NCBI GenBank assembly: GCA_039000985.1 | Contig: JAWBMD010000002.1 | Span: forward strand, 38,369-102,368 | From: Candidatus Aenigmatarchaeota archaeon | GTDB lineage: Archaea > Aenigmatarchaeota > Aenigmatarchaeia > CG10238-14 > SpSt-28 | Length of the DNA: 64,000 nucleotides | Reading direction: 5' to 3' | Part shown: positions 1 to 10,292 of the stretch, one piece after another | How positions within the stretch are numbered: position 1 is the first letter of the stretch | How the letters are laid out: each line of letters starts with the position of its first letter | Made by a program: the position numbers and the translations under genes | The notes under the pieces: model-generated | Told to the model about the DNA's origin: nothing | The model's database searches: none | The model's input: only the letters and a program-made list of their open reading frames with translations

Positions 1-2575
1 TGAAGAAATAATAAACAACATCAACAACTATAAAAGTCCATGGTTTTATTTCTTTAAATTCATAAGAATTGTTATAGAGAACATATATCGGACCAGCTAA
101 ATAAATTGCTGGCTTGACATCTGGGGTTGTAAAAGTATACCTAAGAACTTTTTCTTCACTTTCATTTAATTTGTTTAAATTCCAAATCAACCAAGTTTCG
201 TTTTCTTTTTTTTCAATTCTTCCACCGTAAACAACAATTTCAAGAAAATCGTTTGGCAACTTTTCTATAATAGTTATGTTTTCTACATTAATATTAGATT
301 TAACCTTTATTTCAGCAAGATTTGGATGTCCTATATCTATTAAGGTTTTCATTTTTCTCTCTATTTCGAATTCTACAAAATTTCTAACTTCAAAAAAAGA
401 TTCATAGGTTGTGTTTAGATTTTGTCCAGTAGCAATTACTTTTATCGAATAGTTTCCTATCTCATCAGTTTGGTTATAGATTACAAACAAACTGCCATCT
501 AACTCATCATTAGCAAAATCGCCGTTATAACTATTATAAACCTTAATTTTTCCAGATGGTGATGTGACAACTAAATTGATTACAGCATCATAAGCTCTTT
601 TTCCTTCCTCATTCAAAACACCAACAATTATTTTAACATCTTCTCCTGGCAAATAAATTGATTTTGGTGTATTAACAGTAACTAATCCAACTCCAAATTC
701 TGTTTCTTCCTCTTCTAAGACTTCAACAACTTTTTCCAAAACTTTAAATGGTGTTCTTCCTTTTTCCACAAACTTTTCTTCAATTGTTTTGACTTTCAAC
801 TTATACAAACCTGGTCTAAAACTTCTTCCAAAATCTAAATCAACAAAATATTTACCATCTTTTTCATAAAAATCAACCTCTTTTTCACTTCCTTCAAGAT
901 CTATCAAATAAACCTTTACTTCATTATTTTCACTTAACTCTTCTTCTAATTCTATTTCAAATGTAGCTCTTTCTCCTAATCCATAGTTAAACTTTTCCTG
1001 TTTAATCTTTGGTTTAAGTCTCAAATGCTTTAAAACATCAAAACCAAAGATTTTGCTTGTATTTCCAAATTCTGTTTCAGCAAAAATTTCTGCCGTATAA
1101 GTTCCAGAATGTTTTGGCAAGAACTCAAAACTGAACAAAAAGCTACCATCAGTTGATGCTTTATCTTGAAATATTATTTCCCCTTTAGGGTCTTTTATTG
1201 CAACAGAAACATTTGAACTTGTTATGCTTTCATTTAAACTAACATTTCCATAAATTTTAACATTTTTCCAGATTCTCTTTTCTTTTGTAACATTTTCAAC
1301 ATAAACAAAAGCATTTATAGCTATGTTTTTTTGTTCACATTTAACTAAAATATCAAAGCTTTTAAAATCTTTGCTTTCATTTGCTTCTGCAGTAATGTTT
1401 AAGGTATAATTTCCACATTTGTTTGCTTTTAATAACCAAGATACATTAAAGCTTTCATTTTCTCCAACTTGAGCTAAATTTTTTTGCAAGCTTTCAACTA
1501 TAAATTCTGGTGGAGCTTGCAAGCTAGTAGTAACATTAAAAGAAGTAATAAAAGCTTTTACTTCAAATTCTTGCAAAATATTAACAAATAAAGGATGTTC
1601 AATTTTTTCTATCTTGATTTCAGGTTTAACTTGAGCAATATTTTCCAAAGCGCTACTTTCATTTTGGGTAATGTTAATTATTCCAATTTCAGTTTCATTC
1701 CAATTTCCTGCTAAATCAAAAGCATAGAATTTAAAAGCTATTGTTCCACTCGAATTTACTATTTTAGTAATATTGCTCCAACCTTCTAAAACATTAAGAT
1801 TGGATGACCAAACAGCTTTACTACCACGCTTAACTAAAATAACATGACTCGGAACTGTTACATCATAAATTATCCCTTTATAGTTTTCCAAGCTTATTTT
1901 ATTAACATAAATTGGCTTTAGATTTTCATCAAGAAAAGTTATACCATAGCCAGCTTTAGCAAGTTCATAAGCTTTTTCTATTTCAATGAACTTAAATTCA
2001 TTTAAATCTATACCAAACAAAAAGTCTTTAATTTTTTTAATGGGAGAATAATCAATTCTTGCAAAAACTTTATGATTTTTGGTAACATGAATATTAATTT
2101 CTCCATTTATCTTGTAGATTTTATCGTTATAAGGAAGTGAAACTATTCTTAATGGCTTTTCCCATTTTATTTTGTTATTAGAAAGGACGGCAACTTCATC
2201 ATCATAGCTTAAATCTTTAAAATATTTCCATCCATTTTTTGTTAAAACTTTTGTGTATTCATCATAGCTTGAAATAAAACTATAGCTTTCATTTTCCCAA
2301 TAGCCAGAAGCATTCCAACTAAAAATCCACTTATCTAAGCCAAAATCATCTTGCCAAAATGAAAAAAATTCTATTGTATTTCCAAAAGCTTTACTACCAA
2401 AATCAAGATAAATTGGAGGTAAAATATCAGTAGGTGGAGCAATAAAGCTAGATTCGTTGAAAGTTATATTTTCACTTTCATTTAGAGTTATATTAGCAGC
2501 TGCTATTATGGATACTATGAAAGCTAAAGAAATTATTGAAAATAATAATTCTGCTTGGCTTGTTATTGATTTCAC
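1..2575 (-). CDS. Large secreted/surface protein with an internal Hint (mini-intein-like) domain; 3' end runs off the window
   Basis: Not in the ORF track because it has no stop in the window. GTG at 2575 (or 2581) gives MKSITSQAELLFSIISLAFIVSIIAA (signal-like), followed by Asn-rich beta-type segments. The same frame reads WTFIVVDVVYYFF at the window edge. Confidence 0.85.
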   Translation of the reverse strand, partial: MKSITSQAELLFSIISLAFIVSIIAAANITLNESENITFNESSFIAPPTDILPPIYLDFGSKAFGNTIEFFSFWQDDFGLDKWIFSWNASGYWENESYSFISSYDEYTKVLTKNGWKYFKDLSYDDEVAVLSNNKIKWEKPLRIVSLPYNDKIYKINGEINIHVTKNHKVFARIDYSPIKKIKDFLFGIDLNEFKFIEIEKAYELAKAGYGITFLDENLKPIYVNKISLENYKGIIYDVTVPSHVILVKRGSKAVWSSNLNVLEGWSNITKIVNSSGTIAFKFYAFDLAGNWNETEIGIINITQNESSALENIAQVKPEIKIEKIEHPLFVNILQEFEVKAFITSFNVTTSLQAPPEFIVESLQKNLAQVGENESFNVSWLLKANKCGNYTLNITAEANESKDFKSFDILVKCEQKNIAINAFVYVENVTKEKRIWKNVKIYGNVSLNESITSSNVSVAIKDPKGEIIFQDKASTDGSFLFSFEFLPKHSGTYTAEIFAETEFGNTSKIFGFDVLKHLRLKPKIKQEKFNYGLGERATFEIELEEELSENNEVKVYLIDLEGSEKEVDFYEKDGKYFVDLDFGRSFRPGLYKLKVKTIEEKFVEKGRTPFKVLEKVVEVLEEEETEFGVGLVTVNTPKSIYLPGEDVKIIVGVLNEEGKRAYDAVINLVVTSPSGKIKVYNSYNGDFANDELDGSLFVIYNQTDEIGNYSIKVIATGQNLNTTYESFFEVRNFVEFEIERKMKTLIDIGHPNLAEIKVKSNINVENITIIEKLPNDFLEIVVYGGRIEKKENETWLIWNLNKLNESEEKVLRYTFTTPDVKPAIYLAGPIYVLYNNSYEFKEIKPWTFIVVDVVYYFF
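1799..2269 (-). other. Hint/mini-intein domain (157 aa) within the surface protein
   Basis: Block A SYDEYTKVLTKNGWKYFKDL, block B VTKNHKVF, blocks F/G YKGIIYDVTVPSHVILVKRGSKAVWSSN. No endonuclease domain. Confidence 0.85.
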
Positions 2576-2618
2576 TCCCACGATTTCTAAATAATATTAT
2601 TTTTTATGCAAAATATAT

Positions 2619-3392
2619 TTAGTAGAAAATTTTTTTAATTCTGGAAAAAATTTTTTGTATAAGCTTTTCTTCCTTGTATTTTTCCCCAACTATAAAAGCA
2701 GAAAGCTTTAATATTTCTTTTACTGATTTAGAATTTTTATGCAATGAAGCTAAAGGTATTAAAAAATATGAGCTTCTTCTCATGTTTTTATCAAATGGTA
2801 TTTTTGCTATTATTGGCAACTCTGTAATTTGTTCTATTTCTCTATCATTCATTTCAAATCTATCATTAAAAACCATGTTTAAAACAATTCCAAGAGGTTT
2901 TATGGTTGTATATCTTATTTCTTGATAAGCCCTAACAATATCCATTACAGACGGCAAATATGGTTGTGTAACAAATATTACTTCATCAGAAAATTTCAAG
3001 CTTGCTAATGATTCTCTCCCTAAGCCAGGAGCTGAGTCTAAAATTACTATATCGTTTTGTTCCCTCATTTTACTTAAAACTTCACCCAAGCTTATTATAT
3101 CAACCCCAACCATATCGCTTACTGAATTTGATGCAGGTATTATTTTTAAATTTTGTGAATACATATGTGTGGCTTCTTTTATACTTGCTTCTCCTCTTAA
3201 AATTCTATTTAAGGTTACTGGGGAGTAATAAATTCCTAAATATAAGCCTAAATGAGAAGTTGTTATGTTACAATCAACTATTGTTACACTTTTTTTAAAA
3301 ATTTCTGCTAAAATCCAGCCAATGTTTATAGCTAATGTAGTTTTCCCAACACCTCCTTTACCAGATGATATATTTATTACTCTACAATTCAC
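2619..3392 (-). CDS. minD: MinD family ATPase
   Basis: Deviant Walker A SGKGGVGKTT, ILDSAPGLG and an amphipathic C-terminus (LIQKIFSRIKKIFY). Confidence 0.85.
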   Translation of the reverse strand: MNCRVINISSGKGGVGKTTLAINIGWILAEIFKKSVTIVDCNITTSHLGLYLGIYYSPVTLNRILRGEASIKEATHMYSQNLKIIPASNSVSDMVGVDIISLGEVLSKMREQNDIVILDSAPGLGRESLASLKFSDEVIFVTQPYLPSVMDIVRAYQEIRYTTIKPLGIVLNMVFNDRFEMNDREIEQITELPIIAKIPFDKNMRRSSYFLIPLASLHKNSKSVKEILKLSAFIVGEKYKEEKLIQKIFSRIKKIFY

Positions 3393-3428
3393 AAATATTT
3401 TTTAACCAAAAAGTATAAATATACATTT

Positions 3429-4550
3429 ATGATTGAGATAGCACTATTTGGTAAACCAAATGCTGGTAAAAGTAGCTTTTTCAAAGCTGCTACAATGATT
3501 GATGTAAAAATATCTCCAATACCATTTACAACAATAGAGCCAAATAAAGGAGCTACATATGTTTCAACTAATTGTGTTTGTAAAGAATTTAATGTTAAAT
3601 GCAATCCAAGAAATGGTTTTTGTTTAAATGGCACTAGATTTATACCAATATTGCTTTGGGATATTGCTGGTCTAGTAAAAGGGGCATCTGAAGGAAGAGG
3701 AATGGGGAATAAATTTTTGGATGATGTTAGAAAGGCGGAAGCTTTAATACATGTTGTTGATTTTAGTGGAACAACAGATGAAAATGGGAATTTTACAGAT
3801 GGTTATAATCCAGAAAATGACATAATTAACCTTGAAAATGAGATTGATAAATGGTTTATTGATGTTGTTAAAAGAAATGTTCAAAAAGTTAAAGATGCAA
3901 ATGTAGAAAAAATTCATTCCTTGCTAAGTGGTTTAGAAGTTGATTTTAAAGATGTTGAATATTGCTTTAAAAAATTTGGATTAAAAGATTTGGAAAGCTT
4001 TGCTATTAATCTTAGAAAAATTTCAAAGCCAATTGTAATAGCTGCTAACAAAATGGATTTAGAAAGCTCCCAAGCAAATTTCGAGCTATTAAAAGAAAAA
4101 TATAATTTAATTCCAACTTCTTGTGAATATGAGATAGCTTTAAAATTAGCTTCAAAAATCAATTTAATAAATTACTTGCCAGGGAATTCGTTTGAAATAA
4201 TTGGTAAGCCAAATGAAAAGCAAAAAGAAGCTTTGGATAAAATAAAAAAATTTATAGAAAAGTTTGGCTCTACTGGAGTTCAAAAAGTTTTGGATTACAC
4301 AATATTCAATGTTTTGAACTATATAGTTGTTTATCCAGTAGCTAATGAAAACACTTTAACAGATTCCGAAAATAGAGTATTGCCAGATGCATTTTTAGTT
4401 AAAAAAGGATCAACAGCATTAGACCTTGCTTATAAAATACATACTGAAATAGGAAAAGCTTTTAAAGGAGCAATAAATGTTAGAAATGGTATGAGAGTTG
4501 GTAAAGATTATGTTTTAAATAATAATGATGTTATAAAAATTTTAGTATGA
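3429..4550 (+). CDS. ychF: Obg-family YchF-like NTPase with TGS domain
   Basis: GKPNAGKS, PFTTIEPN, DIAGLVKGA, ANKMD and a C-terminal TGS domain (LAYKIHTEIG). Confidence 0.85.
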   Translation: MIEIALFGKPNAGKSSFFKAATMIDVKISPIPFTTIEPNKGATYVSTNCVCKEFNVKCNPRNGFCLNGTRFIPILLWDIAGLVKGASEGRGMGNKFLDDVRKAEALIHVVDFSGTTDENGNFTDGYNPENDIINLENEIDKWFIDVVKRNVQKVKDANVEKIHSLLSGLEVDFKDVEYCFKKFGLKDLESFAINLRKISKPIVIAANKMDLESSQANFELLKEKYNLIPTSCEYEIALKLASKINLINYLPGNSFEIIGKPNEKQKEALDKIKKFIEKFGSTGVQKVLDYTIFNVLNYIVVYPVANENTLTDSENRVLPDAFLVKKGSTALDLAYKIHTEIGKAFKGAINVRNGMRVGKDYVLNNNDVIKILV

Positions 4551-5911
4551 TAAAAAGAATAGTTGGAGAAGTTTTGTTGTTTTTTTCATTACTTTTTTTG
4601 GTACCAGCAATTTTTTCACTTTTTATTAAAGAGTTTATTTATTCTCTAATTTTTGATTTTACTTCTATTTTTCTTTTGGTAATAGGTCATGCTTTTAGTA
4701 AAAAGTATAAGGTTGAAAAAGAGGAGCTAATTAAAAAACCTGGTAAATTAATAATTTCTGTAGTTATTGTTTGGATTATTTTACCTTTATTTGGAGCACT
4801 TCCTTATTATTATTTTGAAAAAAATGTTTTGAATTCAATATTTCACAGCTTTTCTGCTTGGACAACAACTGGTTTTTTATTAAAAGATTTTAATTCATTT
4901 CCATTACCATTAAAATTTTGGTTAGCTTTCGAGCAATGGTTAGGTGGTATTGGAATTATAAGCTTAGTAGTTTTTGTTTTAACACAAAGTGATGTTGTTT
5001 ATGGATTATTAAAAATAGAAGGTAGGGAGGAAATAATTGAATTTACTGCAAGACATTCATTAATAAAAATATTTAAAGTTTATTTGCTTTTAACTTTTTT
5101 GAATATTTCTGTTTTATCTTTTTCTGGTTTAAACTTTTTAGATTCTTTACTAGTTTCATTTTCAACTTTGCCAACTGGTGGAGTAGTTAGTATTGCAAAA
5201 TTAACACATGAGCAAAAAATAATTACAGAAATATTTACAATAATTGCAGCAATAACATTTTCTTTTTATGTTTTTATTCAAAAGCCTGAAAATTTAAAAA
5301 TCATGTTTAAAGTTTATGAAAATGTGCTCTTTTTCATTTTTTATATTTTATTCGTTTTAGTATTTTTGTTTTTAATTTTCCCAAGCAATTTTTTTGATTT
5401 AGCATTTCATGCTATTTCAGCATTAACAACAAGTGGTTTTTCTTATGTTAGCTTGAACAAATTTTCAATACATATTTTAATAATTTTAATGGCAATTGGT
5501 GGGTGTGTTGCTTCTACTGCTGGTGGAATAAAAATAGATAGAATTTTAATTTTAATAAAAGGAATTTCATTAAGAATAAAACAATTTATTAGTGCAAGAG
5601 ATGTTGTAGTTGTTGAGAGATTTTGTAATCAAATATTGGATGATAAAACAATTAGTTATGCTGGTTTAATTTTGTTTTTATATTTTTTCACAGCAATTAC
5701 TTTTGCTATTATTTTAAATTTTGAAGTAAAAAACTTTACTTACTCGCTTTTTACAATTGTTTCTGCTTTGAGCAATGTTGGTTTAGAATTGGGAATTATT
5801 AGCAATTTAAGCATTTTCTCAAAAACAATTTTAATTTTAGCAATGTTTATAGGTAGGTTAGAAATAATTATTCCATTAGCATTTATACCAGCTTTACTTA
5901 AAAAATCTTGA
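4547..5911 (+). CDS. trkH: TrkH-type potassium uptake membrane protein
   Basis: Multi-TM protein with SAWTTTGF, QWLGGIGI, STAGGIK, SALSNVG and MFIGRLE motifs. Confidence 0.9.
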   Translation: MIKRIVGEVLLFFSLLFLVPAIFSLFIKEFIYSLIFDFTSIFLLVIGHAFSKKYKVEKEELIKKPGKLIISVVIVWIILPLFGALPYYYFEKNVLNSIFHSFSAWTTTGFLLKDFNSFPLPLKFWLAFEQWLGGIGIISLVVFVLTQSDVVYGLLKIEGREEIIEFTARHSLIKIFKVYLLLTFLNISVLSFSGLNFLDSLLVSFSTLPTGGVVSIAKLTHEQKIITEIFTIIAAITFSFYVFIQKPENLKIMFKVYENVLFFIFYILFVLVFLFLIFPSNFFDLAFHAISALTTSGFSYVSLNKFSIHILIILMAIGGCVASTAGGIKIDRILILIKGISLRIKQFISARDVVVVERFCNQILDDKTISYAGLILFLYFFTAITFAIILNFEVKNFTYSLFTIVSALSNVGLELGIISNLSIFSKTILILAMFIGRLEIIIPLAFIPALLKKS

Positions 5912-6115
5912 TTTTTTCAATATATAGCAGCTATGAATTTTTTTTAATTAATGATTTTGCAAATTTTTTGTTAAAAGCAAAATAAAAAAATTGAACAAAA
6001 ATCTTAAAAACTTATTCCACAATTTATGCCTAAAAGTAATTTTTGAGAAATCTCTACAACCAAAAACAACATCATATCCTTTTTTAGCTACTCCTTTACA
6101 CTATATTGACCATCT
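5899..6115 (-). repeat. Degenerate direct-repeat copy of the 3' part of the GT2 gene (9608-10008)
   Basis: Near-identical blocks, e.g. taattaatgattttgcaaattttttgttaaaagcaaaata and tttacactatattgaccatct, separated by internal deletions. Confidence 0.9.
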
Positions 6116-6160
6116 ATAAGAGTTGTTGAATATTTAAATAAAGTGTGAGAAAGTTAAATT

Positions 6161-7824
6161 ATGAAGATGAATATTGTAGCAACGGCTGTAAGTGTAGAAG
6201 AGCTTCTGAGAAGTAGGACAATATATTCTGTTCCTTTGTTTCAAAGAAATTATGCGTGGGGAGATAAAGAAATAAATGATTTTTTAGAAGATTTAGAAAG
6301 CGTCTATGAAAATAGAGAGGAAGGATATTTTTTTGGAACGATAGTCTTTGCACCACATGAAGAGAGAGAGATAAAATAAAAATTTTAGATGGGCAGCAAA
6401 GATTAGCTACTATTTTACTCTTTCTTGCTGCTATGAGAGATGTTCTCAAATCGAGACCAAAAGAAGAAGATAATAAAAGAGCGGAAGCAATAAATGAGTT
6501 GATTTATTCGACTGATCCTATTACACTATCTAAAAAGATTAAGATAGAAATGAATAGGGAAGACAGAACATTTTTTGAAAGTATTATAATTCAAGGTCTT
6601 GTACCAGGAATAAATCGCGAATCTCATAAACTCATCAAAAATGCATATGAAACATTTAAGGAGTACATTAGAAGAAAGATAGAAGATGATGAAAATTTTC
6701 CAAAGAGAGTTTTGGATATCATTCTAAGTAAATTTATTTTCATAAAAATAGAAGTTGGAAGTGATTTAAATGCGCATTTAATATTTGAGACGCTCAATGA
6801 TAGGGGGCTTGAACTTAGTATTGCTGATCTTCTAAAAAATTATATTTTTTCTATTTCTGGACAATATCTAGATTACATAATAGTTAAATGGAAAGAAATG
6901 GTAGATAATGTTGGAGAACATAATGTTAGTAAATTTTTAAGGCATTTTTGGTGTTCATCAAAAGAGTTAATAAGAAAGGAAGATGTTTATAAAAAAATAA
7001 AGAATGTTATAAGAAGTTCAGAAGAAGCTAAAAAATTTATAGAAGAACTCTGTGAAGAGGGGCTTGTCTACACTAATCTTGTTAATCCTGATCATCAATT
7101 TTGGAGTGATAGGGAAGTTGAAGATCTTCTAAATGAGCTTAATATATTAGGAGTAGAGCAGGTTCTTATAATTTTATTGTCCCTTTACAAAAGATTTTTT
7201 AAGACAGAGAAAGAAAATTTCAAAAAGTTGCTAAAAAACTTGATAAACTTTACATTTAGATATAGTACAATATGTAATCTTAACCCAAATAAAATGGAAA
7301 GGTTATACAGTGAAGTAGCAGTAAAACTTAGGAACAATATGTTAGGTGTTGAAGATGTTATAGAGAAACTTAAAGAGTTAGATCCAAATGATATGACTTT
7401 TATTCAATGTTTTTCGGAAAAAGACGTTAAGAATACTAAATTAGCTAAGTATATTTTAGTAAAATTGAATAACCATCTACTTATTAACATGGGTGAAAAA
7501 GAAAAAACTACGAGTATTAGTAAGGTCAATCTTGAACATATAATTCCAAGGAAACCAGATAAGGAATGGGAAGAGTTCTTTCAAAAAAATAACATAGATC
7601 CAGAGAAATGGAAACAAAAGCTTGGTAATATGACAATTTTGTTAAAAGAATATAATAGAAAAATCGCTAATAAGTACTTCACAAAAAAGAAAGAGATGTA
7701 TAAGAAATCAACACTACCGATCAATCAAAAACTTAAAGAGTATGAACAATTTGGACCTAAGGAAATAATAGAAAGGCAACAAGTGATGGCAGAAATTGCA
7801 AAAAATATATGGAAAGTTGGATAA
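6161..7824 (+). pseudogene. GmrSD-like (DUF262 + DUF1524/HNH) restriction endonuclease, frameshifted at about 6361-6370
   Basis: VPLFQRNYAW in frame 1. ILDGQQRL, IFETLNDRG, LEHIIP and LGNMTIL lie in the second frame. The break is in an (AG)5 tract. Confidence 0.85.
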
Positions 7825-7845
7825 TCTAACAAATTTTTATGTTTA

Positions 7846-8784
7846 TCACCATTTCATACTTTCTCCGAATTTACTTAATTTTTCACTTTTTTCAGGCTTT
7901 CTAAAAATGAATAAATGTTCATGTGTAATCAAATAAAAATCATATTTCCCTCTCCATTTTTCTCTTGTTGACTTCATTTTCCACTGAAGCTTAATTATGT
8001 CCTCGCGTAAAATAAAGCCTACCTTTAAGAAAACCTCCATTACTCTTGTTGCAATTGGAACAAAGTGTTTTCTTTTTCTGGTATCTCCAATAAGAATGGC
8101 GCAATGTTTTCCAGGTTTTAATACTCTATAACACTCTTTAGCAACTTTTTCCATTTCATTGATAAACTCATCAATATTTTTTACATTAGATATATCACCT
8201 TCAATTTTGTTTTTTGTAAACTTTACTATGTTAGCATAAGGTGGATGAGTAGCTATAAGGTCTATACTTTCATCTTGAACTAGATCTAAATTTCTTGCAT
8301 CACCAACATAAGTTTTTATTTCTGGATCATATTTGTACTTAAAATCCAATCTATTTCTTGTAACCATTATTGCATCAAGATTTATATCAACCCCTATACC
8401 TCTTCTGTTTAAGAGTTTGCATTCAACAAGTGTAGTTCCAGAACCCACCATTTGATCTAAAACTAAATCATTTTCCTTTGTAAATCTTAAAATCAAATTT
8501 CTTGGAATATATGGAGACCAATTAGCCCTATAGTTTCCTTTATGAGTTGCCCATTCACCTCTTTCGGGAAAAGACCATACAGTAGTAGTCTCTAACTTAA
8601 ATTCTTTTGGTTCATATTCATTTATTATGTGATTTTTCACCAATGGAACTTTAACATTTTCAATAACAACAAAATCATGAGTTTTTAAGAAATCGATATA
8701 TTCTTCTTGAGTAATCTCTTTCATTCCCCCATAAGCTGGAGAAGTTACTACTGTTTTTTGATTTTTTGTAAGTTCAGTTTCCAT
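7846..8784 (-). CDS. Amino-DNA methyltransferase (N6A/N4C family)
   Basis: SAM-binding motif VLDQMVGSGTT and catalytic motif THPPY. Confidence 0.8.
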   Translation of the reverse strand: METELTKNQKTVVTSPAYGGMKEITQEEYIDFLKTHDFVVIENVKVPLVKNHIINEYEPKEFKLETTTVWSFPERGEWATHKGNYRANWSPYIPRNLILRFTKENDLVLDQMVGSGTTLVECKLLNRRGIGVDINLDAIMVTRNRLDFKYKYDPEIKTYVGDARNLDLVQDESIDLIATHPPYANIVKFTKNKIEGDISNVKNIDEFINEMEKVAKECYRVLKPGKHCAILIGDTRKRKHFVPIATRVMEVFLKVGFILREDIIKLQWKMKSTREKWRGKYDFYLITHEHLFIFRKPEKSEKLSKFGESMKW

Positions 8785-8859
8785 ATTTTAATTATAGAAA
8801 AAGGAAATTTTTATAGACCAAATTTTATATAACTTTTCATAATCACAATCTTATAAAAT

Positions 8860-9438
8860 TTACCTTCTGAATTTTGGAACTATATCTAAATTAGCAGAAA
8901 GTAAAGCTTCTACTGGATGAACTCCAAGAAGAATATCACAAAATAATGAAATAGCCAACTGACTCCCCCTTCTATTTTCTGGTACTTCGACTTTTGCTAG
9001 CTTACATTTATTATCAAGTATTTGTTGAAGTTTTGCTGGTCTGCCTGTGAAATTAATATCTTCCTGCTCTAAAATCCATTTTAAAGCATAAAGAATATAA
9101 TCTAAATTGTATCCTGGGAGATTGACTAAATCTTTAAGATATTTTGTCAAGACATCCTTTACTGGCTTACCGTGCCAAACTTCAATAATTGCTCGAAAAA
9201 CTTTTTCTGCTTTCTCTCGGTTATAACAGAGTTTTCCATAAAAATCTATAGCAAAATGAGCGTGTTTTGGAGTGTAAAATTTCAATTTTTCTGGTTCGTA
9301 GATAGTTCTGACTTTAAAATCATTTTTCGATTTAGAGTTTTCCGTTTTAACTAAAATCCAACCATTTGAAAGTTCTACAATATCTAATACTTTCTTTTTA
9401 TTTTTACCTTTTCCTAGGAAATCTCCAACTTTAATCAT
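8860..9438 (-). CDS. Hypothetical protein, possible cognate restriction endonuclease
   Basis: Intact 192 aa ORF, co-oriented and directly upstream of the MTase. No family recognised. Confidence 0.5.
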   Translation of the reverse strand: MIKVGDFLGKGKNKKKVLDIVELSNGWILVKTENSKSKNDFKVRTIYEPEKLKFYTPKHAHFAIDFYGKLCYNREKAEKVFRAIIEVWHGKPVKDVLTKYLKDLVNLPGYNLDYILYALKWILEQEDINFTGRPAKLQQILDNKCKLAKVEVPENRRGSQLAISLFCDILLGVHPVEALLSANLDIVPKFRR

Positions 9439-9602
9439 AAATTATTATTCTAATTAAACTATTTTTATACAGTGAAAATTTTCTACTTGAAACTTGAAGA
9501 AGTTGAAAGTATATGGAAGAGAATTTGATAGATATTGTAAAGTATTCAACTGTTAGAAAATCAAAAATATTTTAACATTATAGGAAAGATAGGTAAAATA
9601 CA

Positions 9603-10265
9603 TTATCTAAAAAATCTTGATTTTATTAAAAAAATAGAGATAGCACCAACAACTCTAATTCCTTTTATTATGCTTGCAATTTTTTTATATTTTACATTAA
9701 CTTTTACTTGGGTTATTTTAAAATTATTTTTTATAGCATTTAAAAGTACAGATGCTTCCAATATATAACCACCATGAATTTTTTTAATTAATGATTTTGC
9801 AAATTTTTTGTTAAAAGCAAAATAGCCGCAAGCAACATCTTTCATTTTTTTGCAAAATAAAAAATTGAACAAAAATCTTAAAAACTTATTCCCTAATTTA
9901 TGCCTAAAAGGAATTTTTGAGAAATCTCTATAACCAAAAACAACATCATATCCTTTTTTAACAAGCTCAATCATTTTTAATGAATCCTTTACACTATATT
10001 GACCATCTGAATCAGCAACAACAAAAATTTCATATTTATTTAAATTTTTTAACAAAGCTGTTTTTATTGCTTCTGCTTTACCTTTATTTTTCTCATGCTT
10101 TAAAACTTTTTTTGTATATTTCTTTGCAATTTCAAAAGTTTTATCTTTGCTTCCATCATCAACTACAACAATATTTTTATAATATTTTTTTGCTTCTTTC
10201 AAAACATTTTCTATGTTTTTTTCTTCATTATATGCAGGAAATATTATCAATACATTCTCATCCAT
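9603..10265 (-). CDS. Glycosyltransferase family 2 (DPM synthase-like)
   Basis: PAYNEE, VVDDGSKD, NKGK, DSDGQY. Confidence 0.9.
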   Translation of the reverse strand: MDENVLIIFPAYNEEKNIENVLKEAKKYYKNIVVVDDGSKDKTFEIAKKYTKKVLKHEKNKGKAEAIKTALLKNLNKYEIFVVADSDGQYSVKDSLKMIELVKKGYDVVFGYRDFSKIPFRHKLGNKFLRFLFNFLFCKKMKDVACGYFAFNKKFAKSLIKKIHGGYILEASVLLNAIKNNFKITQVKVNVKYKKIASIIKGIRVVGAISIFLIKSRFFR

Positions 10266-10292
10266 AAATTTTAAATATTAAATTATTTTCAT

